Positions 42,932-53,586 of a stretch of 64,000 nucleotides of DNA are shown here, piece by piece. The notes beneath the pieces were generated by a model. That model was not told the DNA's origin and did no database searches. It was given only the letters and a program-made list of their open reading frames with translations. The stretch spans positions 192,001 to 256,000 of the forward strand of contig CAVQJC010000017.1 of the NCBI GenBank assembly GCA_963712745.1, given 5' to 3'. A program made the position numbers and the translations under genes. Each line of letters begins with the position of its first letter. Within the stretch, counting starts at the first letter, position 1. The stretch is from an uncultured Chloroflexia bacterium. Its GTDB lineage: Bacteria; Chloroflexota; Limnocylindria; Limnocylindrales; CSP1-4.

Positions 42932-44428
42932 CTACCCCCAGCGCACCCGGAGCGCGAGGTACGGCCGCGCCGGCAAGTCGACACCCACGACCGGAGCGAC
43001 CTGGTTCTGAATGTGGCCAGGGTATCGGTAGTGCGGTGGGTCAGTGAGCACCAGCGGCTCGATGGTCATGGCCCACGGGTCGATGAGCTCGACGCTGATG
43101 TCGCGCCGCCCGTCTGGGAAGCCACGGTACCAGGCCTGCGGCTGGTGGGACCCGAAGTAGATGATGCGCTCGCCTGATCCGGCCTCACAACCACCCACGA
43201 CGCCCCACTCCCAGCGGCCCTTCAGCGGTTCCCACGGACCCGGCGACTCCTCCATGATCCGGCGCAGGAATGCGATCCGCGCCGGGCTCTCACCTCGCAA
43301 GGTGCCGCCCTTGGCCCACCACAGTTGGTGGTCGTCGACCAGGTAGGTCTCGCCGTGCCCGGCGTAGCCCCCTCTGGTCGCGGTCATCCAGAAGCGGTGC
43401 ACGAGCTCCCGGGGGCTGATGTTGCCCCACGGATCGGGGATGTCGCCCTCGTACTGGGGCTCGTCGTTGACGACCGGCTTGCCCCAGTCGTCGCGCCAGG
43501 ACGTGGTGTCCTCGATGCGCTGGGACTGGATGGAGACGTGGCTGATCTCCGGCCGTGAGTGGTCGTAGAGCTTGTGCCCGTTGTGGATCGAGGTCAGACG
43601 ACGGTGCGGATCGCGCTCGTGGACGACCTCGAAGAAGCGCTCCCAGCGCTCGACCGGCTTGAGGTCCAGCAGGAAGTCGTACTCGTTGGCCAGCGACCAC
43701 CACACGTTGCGATAGGCCCCCAGGCGCGCGACGACATAGCGCAGGTAGGCGAGATCATCCTCCTCGGACATCTCGCAGTAGCCCCATCGGTCGTAGGGGT
43801 GGAAGAGGATGATGTCGGCCTCGATACCCAGGTCCCCCAGCTCGGCGATGCGCTTGTCGAGGTGCCCGAAGTAGGCGAGGTTCGGCTGCCGTGGGTCGAT
43901 GCGACCGTCCTCACCGATGGTGTACGGGTGAAGGGGCGGCTCGTTCTCGTTGTAGATGTAGTCCTTGGGGAAGACGCACATCCGCAGCTTGTTGAAGGGC
44001 GATGCCTCCAGGCTTCGGAGGGTCTGCTCCTGGACCTCGATGGGTTGATGGATCCAGGCATAGCAGGTGGTGCCGACCGGCACGTAGCGCGTGCCGTCGC
44101 GATAGCCGAAGTGGAACTGCGAGGCCACGTCCACCGGGCCGTGGTTGGCCGCATCAGGCTCGCTGCAACGGAACCGGCCCTCGTGGCCCTCGAGCTCCGC
44201 TACCTCCGAGAAGGTCCTGAACGACCACTCGCCGACCTGGTCGGGCGAGAAGCGCACGAGATAGCGACCGTCACCATCGTAGAAGCCATGGACCTCCACG
44301 TCGGTGGTCCCGCAGGTGAACACGGCTGACACTGGTGCGTCTCGCAGCGGATCGTCGATGGTCGGACCCGACAGCGAGACTTCGAAGACAGCCCAACGCT
44401 GGGCCTCGGGTGGGAATGCGACAGACAA
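42932..44428 (-). CDS. DUF5060/DUF4038/DUF5605 protein (apiosidase-like, GH140-related fold)
   Basis: GFYDGDG.Y.VRF.P, GTTCYAW, PFNKLRMCVFPK, LFHPYDRWG, WWSLANEYD, DEPQYEG, HGETY, LWWAKGG. Confidence 0.75.
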   Translation of the reverse strand: MSVAFPPEAQRWAVFEVSLSGPTIDDPLRDAPVSAVFTCGTTDVEVHGFYDGDGRYLVRFSPDQVGEWSFRTFSEVAELEGHEGRFRCSEPDAANHGPVDVASQFHFGYRDGTRYVPVGTTCYAWIHQPIEVQEQTLRSLEASPFNKLRMCVFPKDYIYNENEPPLHPYTIGEDGRIDPRQPNLAYFGHLDKRIAELGDLGIEADIILFHPYDRWGYCEMSEEDDLAYLRYVVARLGAYRNVWWSLANEYDFLLDLKPVERWERFFEVVHERDPHRRLTSIHNGHKLYDHSRPEISHVSIQSQRIEDTTSWRDDWGKPVVNDEPQYEGDIPDPWGNISPRELVHRFWMTATRGGYAGHGETYLVDDHQLWWAKGGTLRGESPARIAFLRRIMEESPGPWEPLKGRWEWGVVGGCEAGSGERIIYFGSHQPQAWYRGFPDGRRDISVELIDPWAMTIEPLVLTDPPHYRYPGHIQNQVAPVVGVDLPARPYLALRVRWG

Positions 44429-44726
44429 ACCGGTACCTCCTACAGATAGATGCTGGCAGGGCTGATCGATCGGCGCGCTGGCTCTTCACGGCGCCCGCCG
44501 ACAGACCGGAGACGAGATCTCAGACAGGTCTCGTGCGTTCTGCAATCTCACGCTAGTGAAGGTCAATTCCGGTCATGTCTGGCGAGGAGGCGCCTTCCAT
44601 GCTGTGCGGCGACTCGTGATGATCGTCAGGCGTGTCAGGGGACACGGCCGGTCGACCGTACAGGGGGATGCCTCGTGAGACAGGCTCGAGGCACCCGGGC
44701 AGGGACGTAGGAGGAGAGGTAGTGAT

Positions 44727-46028
44727 ATGGGCTCCACACATACCAAGCGCGGTGTGTTCGCGGCGGCACTATCCACTGCGCTGGTCGCCTCGCTGGCTGC
44801 CACCGCAGTAGGTCAGGACGAAGAGGTCACGCTGTCGTTCCTGATCGACAACGAAGGACCGAATCAGGTGTGGGCGGAGGCGGTTTCCGCTGCCTATACG
44901 GAGCAGAACCCCAACGTCACCATCGACCTCGAGATCCGACCTGGCGGCGGCGACGGTGACAACATCGTCAAGACCAGGCTCGCCACCGGTGAGATGACCG
45001 ACGTCTTCAAGTACAACTCAGGCTCACTGTTCCAGGCACTGGCCCCTACAGAGACGCTGGTGGACCTGTCCGACCTGGAGTGTCTCTCGAACGTCTCCGA
45101 ATCGTTCTTCCCGGCCGTCTCGGCTGAGGGCAGCGTCTACGGCGTGCCGTGGGGTTCCGGCATGGGCGGAGGCATCCTCTACAACAAGAAGGTCTACAGC
45201 GACCTCGGCCTCGAGGTGCCCACGACCTGGGCGGAGTTCGAGGCCAACAACGCGGCCATCAAGGAGGCCGGTATCGCGCCGGTCGCGGCGACCTTCGGCT
45301 CTACCTGGTCGTCGCAGCTGTTCGTGCTCAGCGACTACTACAACGTCCAGGCCCAGGAACCCGACTTCGCCGAGCGCTACACCGCCGGCGAGGCCAAGTA
45401 CGCCACCTCCCCGGCCGCGATGGCCGGCTTCCGCTACACGCAGCAGGGCTTCGACGACGGCTGGTACCAGGAAGATTTCGATGTGGCCGAGTTCGAGGAG
45501 GGAATGCGCCTGCTGGCCGAGGGCAAGGTCGCGCACTACCCGATGCTGACATTCGCCTTCGGGCCCATGGCCGAGAATTACCCGGATGCGATCGCGGACA
45601 TCGGATTCTTCGCCACGCCCGGTCCGTCCGCCGACAGCAACGGCGCCACGGTCTGGCTGCCCGAGGGCACGTACATCCCAGCCACCAGCGAGAACGTCGA
45701 CGCCGCCAAGGTCTTCCTGTGCTGGCTCACGACGCCTGAGGCCGCCGACGTGATGAACGCGGCACAGCCGCCGTCGGGCCCCTACTTCATCAAGGGCGCT
45801 TCGCTCCCGGATGACGCACTACCGGGCCTGCTGGACCTGCAGGCGTACATCGATGCGGGCAACGCCGCACCGGCGCTCGAGTTCCTGTCCTCCATCAAGG
45901 GCCCGGCGCTCGAGCACATCCTCGTCGAGGTGGGCTCCGGCCTCCGCAGCGCGGAAGACGGTGCGGCGCTGTACGACCAGGATGTCGTGAAGCAGGCCAT
46001 CCAGCTGGGCTACGACTGGGAGGAGTAG
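44727..46028 (+). CDS. Carbohydrate ABC (CUT1) substrate-binding protein
   Basis: Signal peptide; VKTRLATGEMTDVF, YGVPW, YNKKVY, PTTWAEF. Confidence 0.9.
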   Translation: MGSTHTKRGVFAAALSTALVASLAATAVGQDEEVTLSFLIDNEGPNQVWAEAVSAAYTEQNPNVTIDLEIRPGGGDGDNIVKTRLATGEMTDVFKYNSGSLFQALAPTETLVDLSDLECLSNVSESFFPAVSAEGSVYGVPWGSGMGGGILYNKKVYSDLGLEVPTTWAEFEANNAAIKEAGIAPVAATFGSTWSSQLFVLSDYYNVQAQEPDFAERYTAGEAKYATSPAAMAGFRYTQQGFDDGWYQEDFDVAEFEEGMRLLAEGKVAHYPMLTFAFGPMAENYPDAIADIGFFATPGPSADSNGATVWLPEGTYIPATSENVDAAKVFLCWLTTPEAADVMNAAQPPSGPYFIKGASLPDDALPGLLDLQAYIDAGNAAPALEFLSSIKGPALEHILVEVGSGLRSAEDGAALYDQDVVKQAIQLGYDWEE

Positions 46029-46062
46029 CCCAGCTGGGTCAAGGACCACGACCGAAGCAGAG

Positions 46063-46093
46063 GAAGGGGCCGGTCTCGTAGGCCGGCCCCTTC
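46063..46093. terminator. Intercistronic stem-loop after the binding-protein gene
   Basis: GAAGGGGCCGGTCT-CGT-AGGCCGGCCCCTTC. Confidence 0.65.
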
Positions 46094-46126
46094 TCCATCT
46101 CCGAGCATCCGTCACAGTAGGGAGCC

Positions 46127-47008
46127 GTGCGCCAGGACTCCGGCCTCGCACCCGCGGTGCGTCGGTCGTACCCGTACTACTTCTATCTGCCGGCCGTCGT
46201 CATCTTCGGCGTCATCTTCGTCCTGCCGACGCTGCTCTCATTCTGGTTCAGCCTGACCCGGTGGACTCTGTTCGACGCTGAGTTCATCGGCCTCAAGAAC
46301 TTCGAGCTCTTCCTGCGCGAGCCGGCGCTTGTCAACGGCATGCGCAACACGCTCATCTACGCTGTGGTCACGAGCGGGGCCAAGGTCATCATCGGCCTTC
46401 TACTGGCCGCCCTGCTGACCTCCCGGTTGCGGGTCCGCAATCTCCTGCGGTCGATCATCTTCTTCCCCGTCCTCATCAGCACGGTCGCGGTCGGTATCAC
46501 GTTCGCGGTGCTCATGCACCCGTCCCGGGGGCTCATCAACACGACACTCGAGGTCTTCGGTGTCGATGGCCCGCGCTGGCTCACCGATCCAGCGATCGCC
46601 CTGCTCTCGGTGGCCTTCGTCGACGTGTGGAAGGGCGTGGGCATCGCGATGGTCATCTTCATCGCCGGCATCCTGTCGATCCCGGAGGAGTACAACGACG
46701 CCATCAGGCTGGAGGGTGGGGCCTGGAAGAGGTTCTGGTACGTGACCGTACCCTTGAGTCGAAACGCGACGTTCACTGTCATCCTGCTGTCGTTCATCGG
46801 TGGATTGCGCACGTTCGATCTCATCTGGACCATGACCGGCGGCGGGCCCGGCTTCACGACCGACGTCATCACCTCGAGTATCTACAAGCAGTACCAGGCG
46901 GGCTTCTACGGCCTCGCGACCGCGGGCAACGTGGTCCTCTTCATCGTCGTGATGCTGATCGTCTACCCGATGATGCGGTTCTTCGCGCGGAAGGAGATCG
47001 AGCTGTGA
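46127..47008 (+). CDS. Carbohydrate ABC permease (MalF-like)
   Basis: FIGLKNF, VWKGVG, EAA-like loop IPEEYNDAIRLEG, MTGGGPG. Confidence 0.9.
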   Translation: MRQDSGLAPAVRRSYPYYFYLPAVVIFGVIFVLPTLLSFWFSLTRWTLFDAEFIGLKNFELFLREPALVNGMRNTLIYAVVTSGAKVIIGLLLAALLTSRLRVRNLLRSIIFFPVLISTVAVGITFAVLMHPSRGLINTTLEVFGVDGPRWLTDPAIALLSVAFVDVWKGVGIAMVIFIAGILSIPEEYNDAIRLEGGAWKRFWYVTVPLSRNATFTVILLSFIGGLRTFDLIWTMTGGGPGFTTDVITSSIYKQYQAGFYGLATAGNVVLFIVVMLIVYPMMRFFARKEIEL

Positions 47009-47910
47009 GTGCGGCTCGTCGCGCCCATGAGCCGCCAGGCGGAGGCGCCCCCCAAGTGCGCGAGGGCCGAGCCGCCGGTGTGACGCGCTTGACGCGCGAG
47101 TACTGGCTGGAGATCGCCTCCGTAGTGGTTGTCGCGTTGGTCTTCGTGGTGCCGTTCCTCTTCATGCTCCTCACGGCAGCCAAGGACCGGACGGAGTCCG
47201 CTCGGCTGGAGCTCTCCGTCCCCACCGACTGGCAGCTCCTCGAGAACATCGGGGAGGTGCTCGAGGAGCGGAACGGCCTGATGTACGTGGCCATGTTCAA
47301 CAGCCTCGTCCTCACCGTCGCGTCGGTGGCCATCGTGGTGGTGCTCTCGGCGATGGTCGCTTTCGTCCTCCAGCGGCGGCGCGACCGGGTCTCGACCGCC
47401 ATCACGGCCCTCATGATCGCCGGGCTGATCATCCCGCCGGCGCTGGTGCCCACCATCTACGTTCTCCAGGGGATCGGCATCTACAAGACGCTGCTAGGCC
47501 TGATCCTGGTGGAGGTGACCCAGTTGATGCCCTTCTCGGTCATCGTATTCCGGGCCTTCCTCTCGGCCATCCCGCGGGATCTCGACGAGGCTGCGGTCAT
47601 GGATGGCGCCTCGCCGCTGCGGCTGTTCTTCCGCGTCATCTTCCCGCTGCTGCGTCCGGCCATCATCACCGTGATCGTGGTCACGTCCGTGACCGTCTAC
47701 AACGACTTCGTCAATCCGCTGTACTTCCTGCCGGGCACCGAGAACGCCACCGTCCAGTTGACGCTGTTCAACTTCCAGAGCCAGTTCAGCACGCGCTGGC
47801 ACCTGCTCTTCACCGACGTACTTCTCATCACCATCCCCCCGCTCGTGATGTTCCTCTTCTTCCAGCGCCAGATCGTATCCGGTATGACTACCGGCGCGGT
47901 CAAGGGCTAG
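47005..47910 (+). CDS. Carbohydrate ABC permease (MalG-like)
   Basis: EAA loop IPRDLDEAAVMDGAS, FQRQIVSGMTTGAVKG; start at 47005 or 47080. Confidence 0.9.
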   Translation: MSAARRAHEPPGGGAPQVREGRAAGVTRLTREYWLEIASVVVVALVFVVPFLFMLLTAAKDRTESARLELSVPTDWQLLENIGEVLEERNGLMYVAMFNSLVLTVASVAIVVVLSAMVAFVLQRRRDRVSTAITALMIAGLIIPPALVPTIYVLQGIGIYKTLLGLILVEVTQLMPFSVIVFRAFLSAIPRDLDEAAVMDGASPLRLFFRVIFPLLRPAIITVIVVTSVTVYNDFVNPLYFLPGTENATVQLTLFNFQSQFSTRWHLLFTDVLLITIPPLVMFLFFQRQIVSGMTTGAVKG

Positions 47911-47920
47911 GAGCTTCCGC

Positions 47921-50659
47921 ATGCCGCCATTGCCTCGCTCACTCGAACCGTTAGCCGTCACCGACCTGCGATGCCAGGTGCCACCAGGTGTGCTGGCCGC
48001 GGGCGCGGAGCCCGTCCGGCTCACTTGGCGTGCGTCGCCCGCCGCGGCCGACCCGGTTCAGGAGGCCTACGAGATCGAGGTCGCCACGGATCCGGACTTC
48101 GACACGGCACCGGCATCGTCGGGTGTCGTCGAGGCCGCGGACCAGGTGGGCGTCCCGGCGCCCGGTCCGGCGTTCCACAGCCGCGAGACCCGCTACTACC
48201 GCGTGCGCATCCGGACCGGGCGGGGCTGGACCGAGTGGAGCTCTACATTGCGCGTGGAGGCCGGCCTGCTGCATGGATACGACTGGGAGGCGCAGGCGGT
48301 CACGCTTCCGGACGACCCAGGTCGTGAGCGCCCCGCCCCGTGTCCGGTGCTGCGCCGCGAGTTCGACGTCGGGGGGACCGTGGCTCGGGCCCGTATCTAT
48401 GTCACGGCGCTCGGGCTGTATTCGCTCAAGCTCAACGGTTCACCCGTCGGCGACGCTCTGCTCTCACCCGGGTGGAGCACGTACCGACACCGCCTGCTGG
48501 CCGACACGTACGATGTCACGGAGCAGCTTCGCGAAGGCAGCAACGTCATCGTGGCCACGCTGGGCGACGGCTGGTATCGCGGTCGACTCGGATGGAGTCG
48601 CGGCGAGGACCGCTGCCACTACGGCCGGGAGGTGGGCCTCATGGCCCAGCTCGAGATCGACCTCGAGGATGGCACCAGACTGCGCATCGTGACCGACACC
48701 GACTGGCTGGCTGCGACCGGGGAGATTCGCTCGGCGGACCTCTACGATGGCTCGTTCATCGACTTGCGCGACCGCCTCGTCGGATGCGAGTCGCCCGGCT
48801 ACGATACGAGCGGCTGGCAGGCCGCTGTCGCCGTCCCCCTTGATCGCGACACCATCGAGCCGCGGGTGGCTCCGCCGGTGCGAGTGCTCGAGCACATCCC
48901 TTCGCGTGACCTTCCAGCTTCCGGCGGCACGGGTGTGGTCCGGCTGGATGCCGGACAGAACATCGCCGGCTTCGTGCGACTGTCGCTGCAGGGAGCGGCC
49001 GGGACGACGGTGACGGTCCGGCATGCCGAGGTGCTCGAACCGGACGGGTCGCTTCACACCAGATCGCTGCGTTCGGCCAAGGCCACCGACACCTACATCC
49101 TTGCCGACGGGCGCGTCGCCGAGTTGCAGCCAGCATTCACCTTCCACGGCTTCCGCCATGCCGAGATCGAGACAGAAGCCAAGGTGCTCAGGGCCGAGTT
49201 CGTAGCCATAAGCAGCGACCTGGCTCGCAGGGGCTGGTTCGAGTGCTCGGACCAGCCTCTGGTGCGCTTCCACGAGAACGTGCTCTGGTCCCAACGAGAC
49301 AACTTCGTCTCCGTGCCCACGGACTGTCCGCAGCGAGACGAGCGGCTCGGCTGGACCGGCGACGCACAGGCGTTCGCGCCGGCGGCCTGCACGCTCTTCG
49401 ACGCGGAGGCGTTCTGGGCCAGTTGGATGATCGACCTGGCGCTCGATCAGGACGATGTTCTCGGCGTCCCGACCGTCGTTCCCGATGTCGTGCTCGAGGG
49501 TGAGCCTCGCTTCGGCCGAGCCGGCTGGGCAGACGCGGCCACGATCGTGCCGTGGTCCGTCTACGTGTCCACCGGCGACACGAGCATCCTGCATCGGCAA
49601 CTGGAGAGCATGCGACGCTGGGTCGTATCACTTCAACGACGGGAGGGTCCTGACGGCCTTCTGCCGGAGTCGATGCAGTTCGGGGACTGGCTGGACCCCG
49701 ATGCGCCATCGGATCAGCCCTGGGTCTCCAAGGCCGACAGCCGCTACCTGGCCAACGCCTTCTATGCGCGCAGCGCCCAGCTGCTATCGCGGGTGGCCTG
49801 GGTCCTCGGTGAAGAGGACACCGCGGCCCGGTACCACGGTGTGGCCGAACGGATCGCTGCCGCGACGTGGGAGGTCTGGTCCGACCACGCCAGGACCACG
49901 CAGACCGGCTCCGCGGTCGCCCTCTGCTTCGACCTGGTCCCGGAGCCGCAGCGAGCCGCCGTCGCGGCGGGCCTGGCACGCATGGTCAGAGTCGCGGACG
50001 GACGTGTCGCGACCGGCTTCCTGGGAACGCCGCTGGTCCTGCCTGCTCTGGCCGACGCAGGTTACTTCGAAGAGGCCTATCTCATGCTTCTGCGCAGCGA
50101 GGCTCCATCGTGGCTCTACCAGGTCGAGCGCGGTGCAACCACGGTCTGGGAGCGCTGGGACGCGATCCGGCCGGATGGCTCGATCCATCCTGGGACGATG
50201 CAGGCGGTGCCGGACATCGAGGGCTCAGACGGGAAGGACAGCCAGATGCTGTCCTTCAATCACTATGCCTATGGGGCGGTCATCGATTGGGTCTACCGAC
50301 ACGTCGCCGGCCTGGCTCCTGACGCGGACCGACCGGGCTATCGCCACGTGGTGCTGGCTCCCAAGCCCGTGAGGGGCATGGACTGGGCGAGCGCATCGGT
50401 CGAGACCGCGTACGGCGTGGTCGCCACCTCCTGGCGCATCGAGGACGGCGACACGCTGGTCATGGAGGTGGAGCTGCCGTTCGGAACCAGCGGGACGTTC
50501 CTGGCGCCGACGACGTCGGCGTCACGGATCGCCGTGGATGGCGAGCCGGCTGGGGAGCAGACGACCGTCGGCCCAGGCCACCACACGCTGTCGGTCACCC
50601 TGGCGCGGATCGTGGCTGGGTCACTCGGCGGCGCAAACACGGAGCCGGCCGTCAGCTAG
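47921..50659 (+). CDS. Alpha-L-rhamnosidase, GH78
   Basis: LRREF, FTFHGFR, PTDCPQRDERLGWTGD, GDWLDP, GATTVWERWD, SFNHYAYG. Confidence 0.93.
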   Translation: MPPLPRSLEPLAVTDLRCQVPPGVLAAGAEPVRLTWRASPAAADPVQEAYEIEVATDPDFDTAPASSGVVEAADQVGVPAPGPAFHSRETRYYRVRIRTGRGWTEWSSTLRVEAGLLHGYDWEAQAVTLPDDPGRERPAPCPVLRREFDVGGTVARARIYVTALGLYSLKLNGSPVGDALLSPGWSTYRHRLLADTYDVTEQLREGSNVIVATLGDGWYRGRLGWSRGEDRCHYGREVGLMAQLEIDLEDGTRLRIVTDTDWLAATGEIRSADLYDGSFIDLRDRLVGCESPGYDTSGWQAAVAVPLDRDTIEPRVAPPVRVLEHIPSRDLPASGGTGVVRLDAGQNIAGFVRLSLQGAAGTTVTVRHAEVLEPDGSLHTRSLRSAKATDTYILADGRVAELQPAFTFHGFRHAEIETEAKVLRAEFVAISSDLARRGWFECSDQPLVRFHENVLWSQRDNFVSVPTDCPQRDERLGWTGDAQAFAPAACTLFDAEAFWASWMIDLALDQDDVLGVPTVVPDVVLEGEPRFGRAGWADAATIVPWSVYVSTGDTSILHRQLESMRRWVVSLQRREGPDGLLPESMQFGDWLDPDAPSDQPWVSKADSRYLANAFYARSAQLLSRVAWVLGEEDTAARYHGVAERIAAATWEVWSDHARTTQTGSAVALCFDLVPEPQRAAVAAGLARMVRVADGRVATGFLGTPLVLPALADAGYFEEAYLMLLRSEAPSWLYQVERGATTVWERWDAIRPDGSIHPGTMQAVPDIEGSDGKDSQMLSFNHYAYGAVIDWVYRHVAGLAPDADRPGYRHVVLAPKPVRGMDWASASVETAYGVVATSWRIEDGDTLVMEVELPFGTSGTFLAPTTSASRIAVDGEPAGEQTTVGPGHHTLSVTLARIVAGSLGGANTEPAVS

Positions 50660-51621
50660 GAGCGTGAACCAGCCGTCTCAGATGGCTGGTTCGGGTTCTT
50701 ACTGGGCGCCGGATCCTCCTGCCTGCGCCGAGCCGCGTAGTGCACCCGACTCTGCGTCCGGTAGGCGCGAGGACTCATGCTCATGTGCTGCCGGAAGCGC
50801 CGTGAGAACTGGGATGGATCGGGCCACCCCACCTGCACACCCACTGCTCCGACTGGGCCGTCCGTCGTGGCCAGCAGCATCGCGGCATGCTCGGCTCGGC
50901 GCCGGTTGAGATAGGCGATGGGCGAGAGACCGACCCAGCGATTGAACTGGCGCACCAGGTGGAAGGGTCCGACGCAGAGCTGGCTCGAGAGATCGCCGAG
51001 CGTCCACTTCCTGGACAGGTCCTGGTCAAACAGGTCGACGGCTGACACGACCAGGCTTGAAGCCTGGGGGTCGATGGATACGGGCTGCAGCCGTTCAGGC
51101 TCCGCCTGGCGCGCCAGGACGTCCAACGCGAGCAGGAGATGTCCGAGGTCGAACGCTTCGCTGCGGTCTTCCGCCGGTCGCTCCCGAATGGCATCGAGAT
51201 GACCCAGACATTCGACCAGCTCCTCCTCATCGAGGAACCCCAGGAATGGCTGGCGCGGCTCGATCGCGGCAGGGCTGAAGAGGTGACCCAACCACTCGTC
51301 CCGGCGGGCCCAGGGCAGATCGAACTGGGTCGCCTCGACACGCAGCATGCAGTTGTAGACCACGAGGCCCTCGCCCATCCGGAACCCATGGCCGACGCCG
51401 GGAGCCACGAAGATGACTGACCCCCGGGTGAGCCGTTGCTCGCCCTCCGAGGTCATGTGCAGTCCGGTCCCTCGGGTCACCAGAGCCAGCTCATAGAAGT
51501 CGTGGAAATGGGTGAAGACGTGGGTCTGGGTCGCGATGTGGAACCCGACGAGCTGGGACTCTTCCATGAACGCGTCCGTCGAGATCGTGAAGCCCGGCGC
51601 GTGCGGCAGCAACCTCACCAT
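50656..51621 (-). CDS. AraC family regulator with cupin domain (RhaR/RhaS-like)
   Basis: HFHDFYEL...G.G.H cupin; C-terminal double HTH (VGWPDPSQFSRRF...SPRAYR). Confidence 0.9.
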   Translation of the reverse strand: MVRLLPHAPGFTISTDAFMEESQLVGFHIATQTHVFTHFHDFYELALVTRGTGLHMTSEGEQRLTRGSVIFVAPGVGHGFRMGEGLVVYNCMLRVEATQFDLPWARRDEWLGHLFSPAAIEPRQPFLGFLDEEELVECLGHLDAIRERPAEDRSEAFDLGHLLLALDVLARQAEPERLQPVSIDPQASSLVVSAVDLFDQDLSRKWTLGDLSSQLCVGPFHLVRQFNRWVGLSPIAYLNRRRAEHAAMLLATTDGPVGAVGVQVGWPDPSQFSRRFRQHMSMSPRAYRTQSRVHYAARRRQEDPAPSKNPNQPSETAGSRS

Positions 51622-51740
51622 GTCGTCACGCTAGCACTGCTTGCTCCCGCTCGCGGCTCTCGGCCATTTCCGGCCGCAGCTAGGGGGGAGCGGTCGGCGC
51701 CGACCCTCATCTGCGAGCCGTCGTACGCACCGGCGGCAGC

Positions 51741-52535
51741 TCAGGACATGATCAGGCCGCCATCGACGTTGATGGTCTGGCCGGTGATGTAGGACGCATC
51801 CTCTGAGGCCAGGAAGAGCACCAGCCCGGCCACGTCATCAGGGGTGCCGGCACGTTTCATGGGGATGTTGTTCTGCACCCACTCCTCGATGAGTTCGCCT
51901 TCTTTGTAGTCACCCAGGAGGTCTTCCCAGGCCTTGTCGTTGTACTTCCACATCTCCGTCTCGATGATGCCGGGGCAGAAGGCGTTGACGGTGATGCCAC
52001 TGGTGGCCAGTTCCTTGGCGAGGCTCTGGGTGATGCCGACGACGCCCATCTTGCTGGCCGCATAGTGGGGTGTGTAGATGAAGCCGTCGCGCGACTGGCC
52101 GGAGCCGGTGTTGATGAGCCGTCCGGAGCCCTGGCGGAGCATGTGCTTGGCTGCGGCCTGGCAGCAGAGAAAGACGCCCTTGGTATTGACGGCGAGGACC
52201 AGGTCCCACTCCTCCTCGGTCAGTTCGTCGAGCTTCTTGATGGTGATGACCCCGGCGTTCTGGATGGAGACATCGACACGGCCGAACTCTTCCACGGTGC
52301 GCTGGTAGAGATCCTCGACCTGACCCTTGTCGGTCACGTCGACGACGAGCGACAGCACCTTCGCGCCGGTGGCGGAGCGGATCCGCTCGGCGGCGTCATG
52401 GACGGCGTCCTCGTTCGCGGCGAGGACGACGGACGCGCCTTCCTGCGCGAATCGGAGCGCGATGCCTTCGCCGATGCCCCGGCTCGCACCGGTGACGACG
52501 ACGACCTGTCCTTCGAATCGGGCCTGCCCCACCAT
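51741..52535 (-). CDS. Short-chain dehydrogenase/reductase (sugar/polyol type)
   Basis: TGASRGIG, NAG, catalytic YAASK, CPGII.T.MW, ITGQTINVDGG. Confidence 0.92.
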   Translation of the reverse strand: MVGQARFEGQVVVVTGASRGIGEGIALRFAQEGASVVLAANEDAVHDAAERIRSATGAKVLSLVVDVTDKGQVEDLYQRTVEEFGRVDVSIQNAGVITIKKLDELTEEEWDLVLAVNTKGVFLCCQAAAKHMLRQGSGRLINTGSGQSRDGFIYTPHYAASKMGVVGITQSLAKELATSGITVNAFCPGIIETEMWKYNDKAWEDLLGDYKEGELIEEWVQNNIPMKRAGTPDDVAGLVLFLASEDASYITGQTINVDGGLIMS

Positions 52536-52608
52536 GTCGTACCTCCCATCCGGGGTCGTTTCGTGCCGCGCGCCACCCCGGAGGTTGCCGGTCACGCGAC
52601 GTACTTCA

Positions 52609-53586
52609 CTACGAGCTGTCGTCCAGTAGCCGGCGGGCCACGAGGCTGTCGGTGATGAGTACGTGGATCCAGCCACCGCGGATGGCCCCGCGGATGGCCT
52701 GCCACTTGCGCTCGCTCCCGGCGACCGCGACGCACCGCTGCACGCGCCTGAGCTGGTCGAGTCCCATGCTGATCACGCGCTCGTCCAGCGTGGACTCGAT
52801 CCGCTGTCCGACCGCATCGAAGAAATGGAGGTTGATGTCGCCCACGGCACCGGCCTCGGCCAGAGCCCGCCGCTCCTCCACGTCGAAGGCGTTGCCGCTC
52901 CGCGCCAGGAGCCGCGATGGCTCGGGCGTGCCGATCCCGACCAGGGCCAGCGTCACCTCGTCCCAGCCTCGGATGACATCCTGGAAGTACGGGTCGGTGG
53001 CCAACGCCGTCTTCGTGTCGACCGACCCCACGACGCCCGGTGCCTGTAGCATCATCGCCTCGCTCCCGCACAGAGCGGCCAGCCGCCGGGTCATGTGGGA
53101 CGCGTGTGCCTCGCTGTTCGGGTCGCCGATGCCGCCCTCGATCTGGATGACCCTGATACCTCGCGGGGTCCGCAACGGATGCATCGCGTTCGCCGTCGCG
53201 AGCAGCGACTCGCTCCACGACGAAACGCCGATGACGTCCTCCGACTTGATGGTGGTCTCGAGGTAGTACGCCGCGGCCGAGCCAAGATTGCGCAGCAGCC
53301 GATCCTCGTCGGTGCTGTGGTCGACGACCGTCACTTCCTTGAGGCCGTACTCCTCGCGAACACCGCGTTCCAGCTCGGGGTAGTAGCCCGACGGGGAGGC
53401 AACCGTGATACGGACCACCTGCTGTTGGAGAGCTCGCTTGAGCAGTCTGGAGACGCTCGCCTGCGACAGGTCCATCTGACTCGCGATCTGCGCCTGCGTG
53501 AGCCCGTCTTCATAGTAGAGGCGTGCGACCTTGGCCAGCTGACGCGCTTCTTCGGGCCGAGCCGTCGAGGCTACCGCGATGCTCAT
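52609..53586 (-). CDS. SorC/DeoR-type sugar-binding transcriptional regulator (second paralogue)
   Basis: VARLYY...TQAQIA...SQASVSRLL, IGVSSWS, ALVGIG, AVGDI, LITD. Confidence 0.92.
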   Translation of the reverse strand: MSIAVASTARPEEARQLAKVARLYYEDGLTQAQIASQMDLSQASVSRLLKRALQQQVVRITVASPSGYYPELERGVREEYGLKEVTVVDHSTDEDRLLRNLGSAAAYYLETTIKSEDVIGVSSWSESLLATANAMHPLRTPRGIRVIQIEGGIGDPNSEAHASHMTRRLAALCGSEAMMLQAPGVVGSVDTKTALATDPYFQDVIRGWDEVTLALVGIGTPEPSRLLARSGNAFDVEERRALAEAGAVGDINLHFFDAVGQRIESTLDERVISMGLDQLRRVQRCVAVAGSERKWQAIRGAIRGGWIHVLITDSLVARRLLDDSS

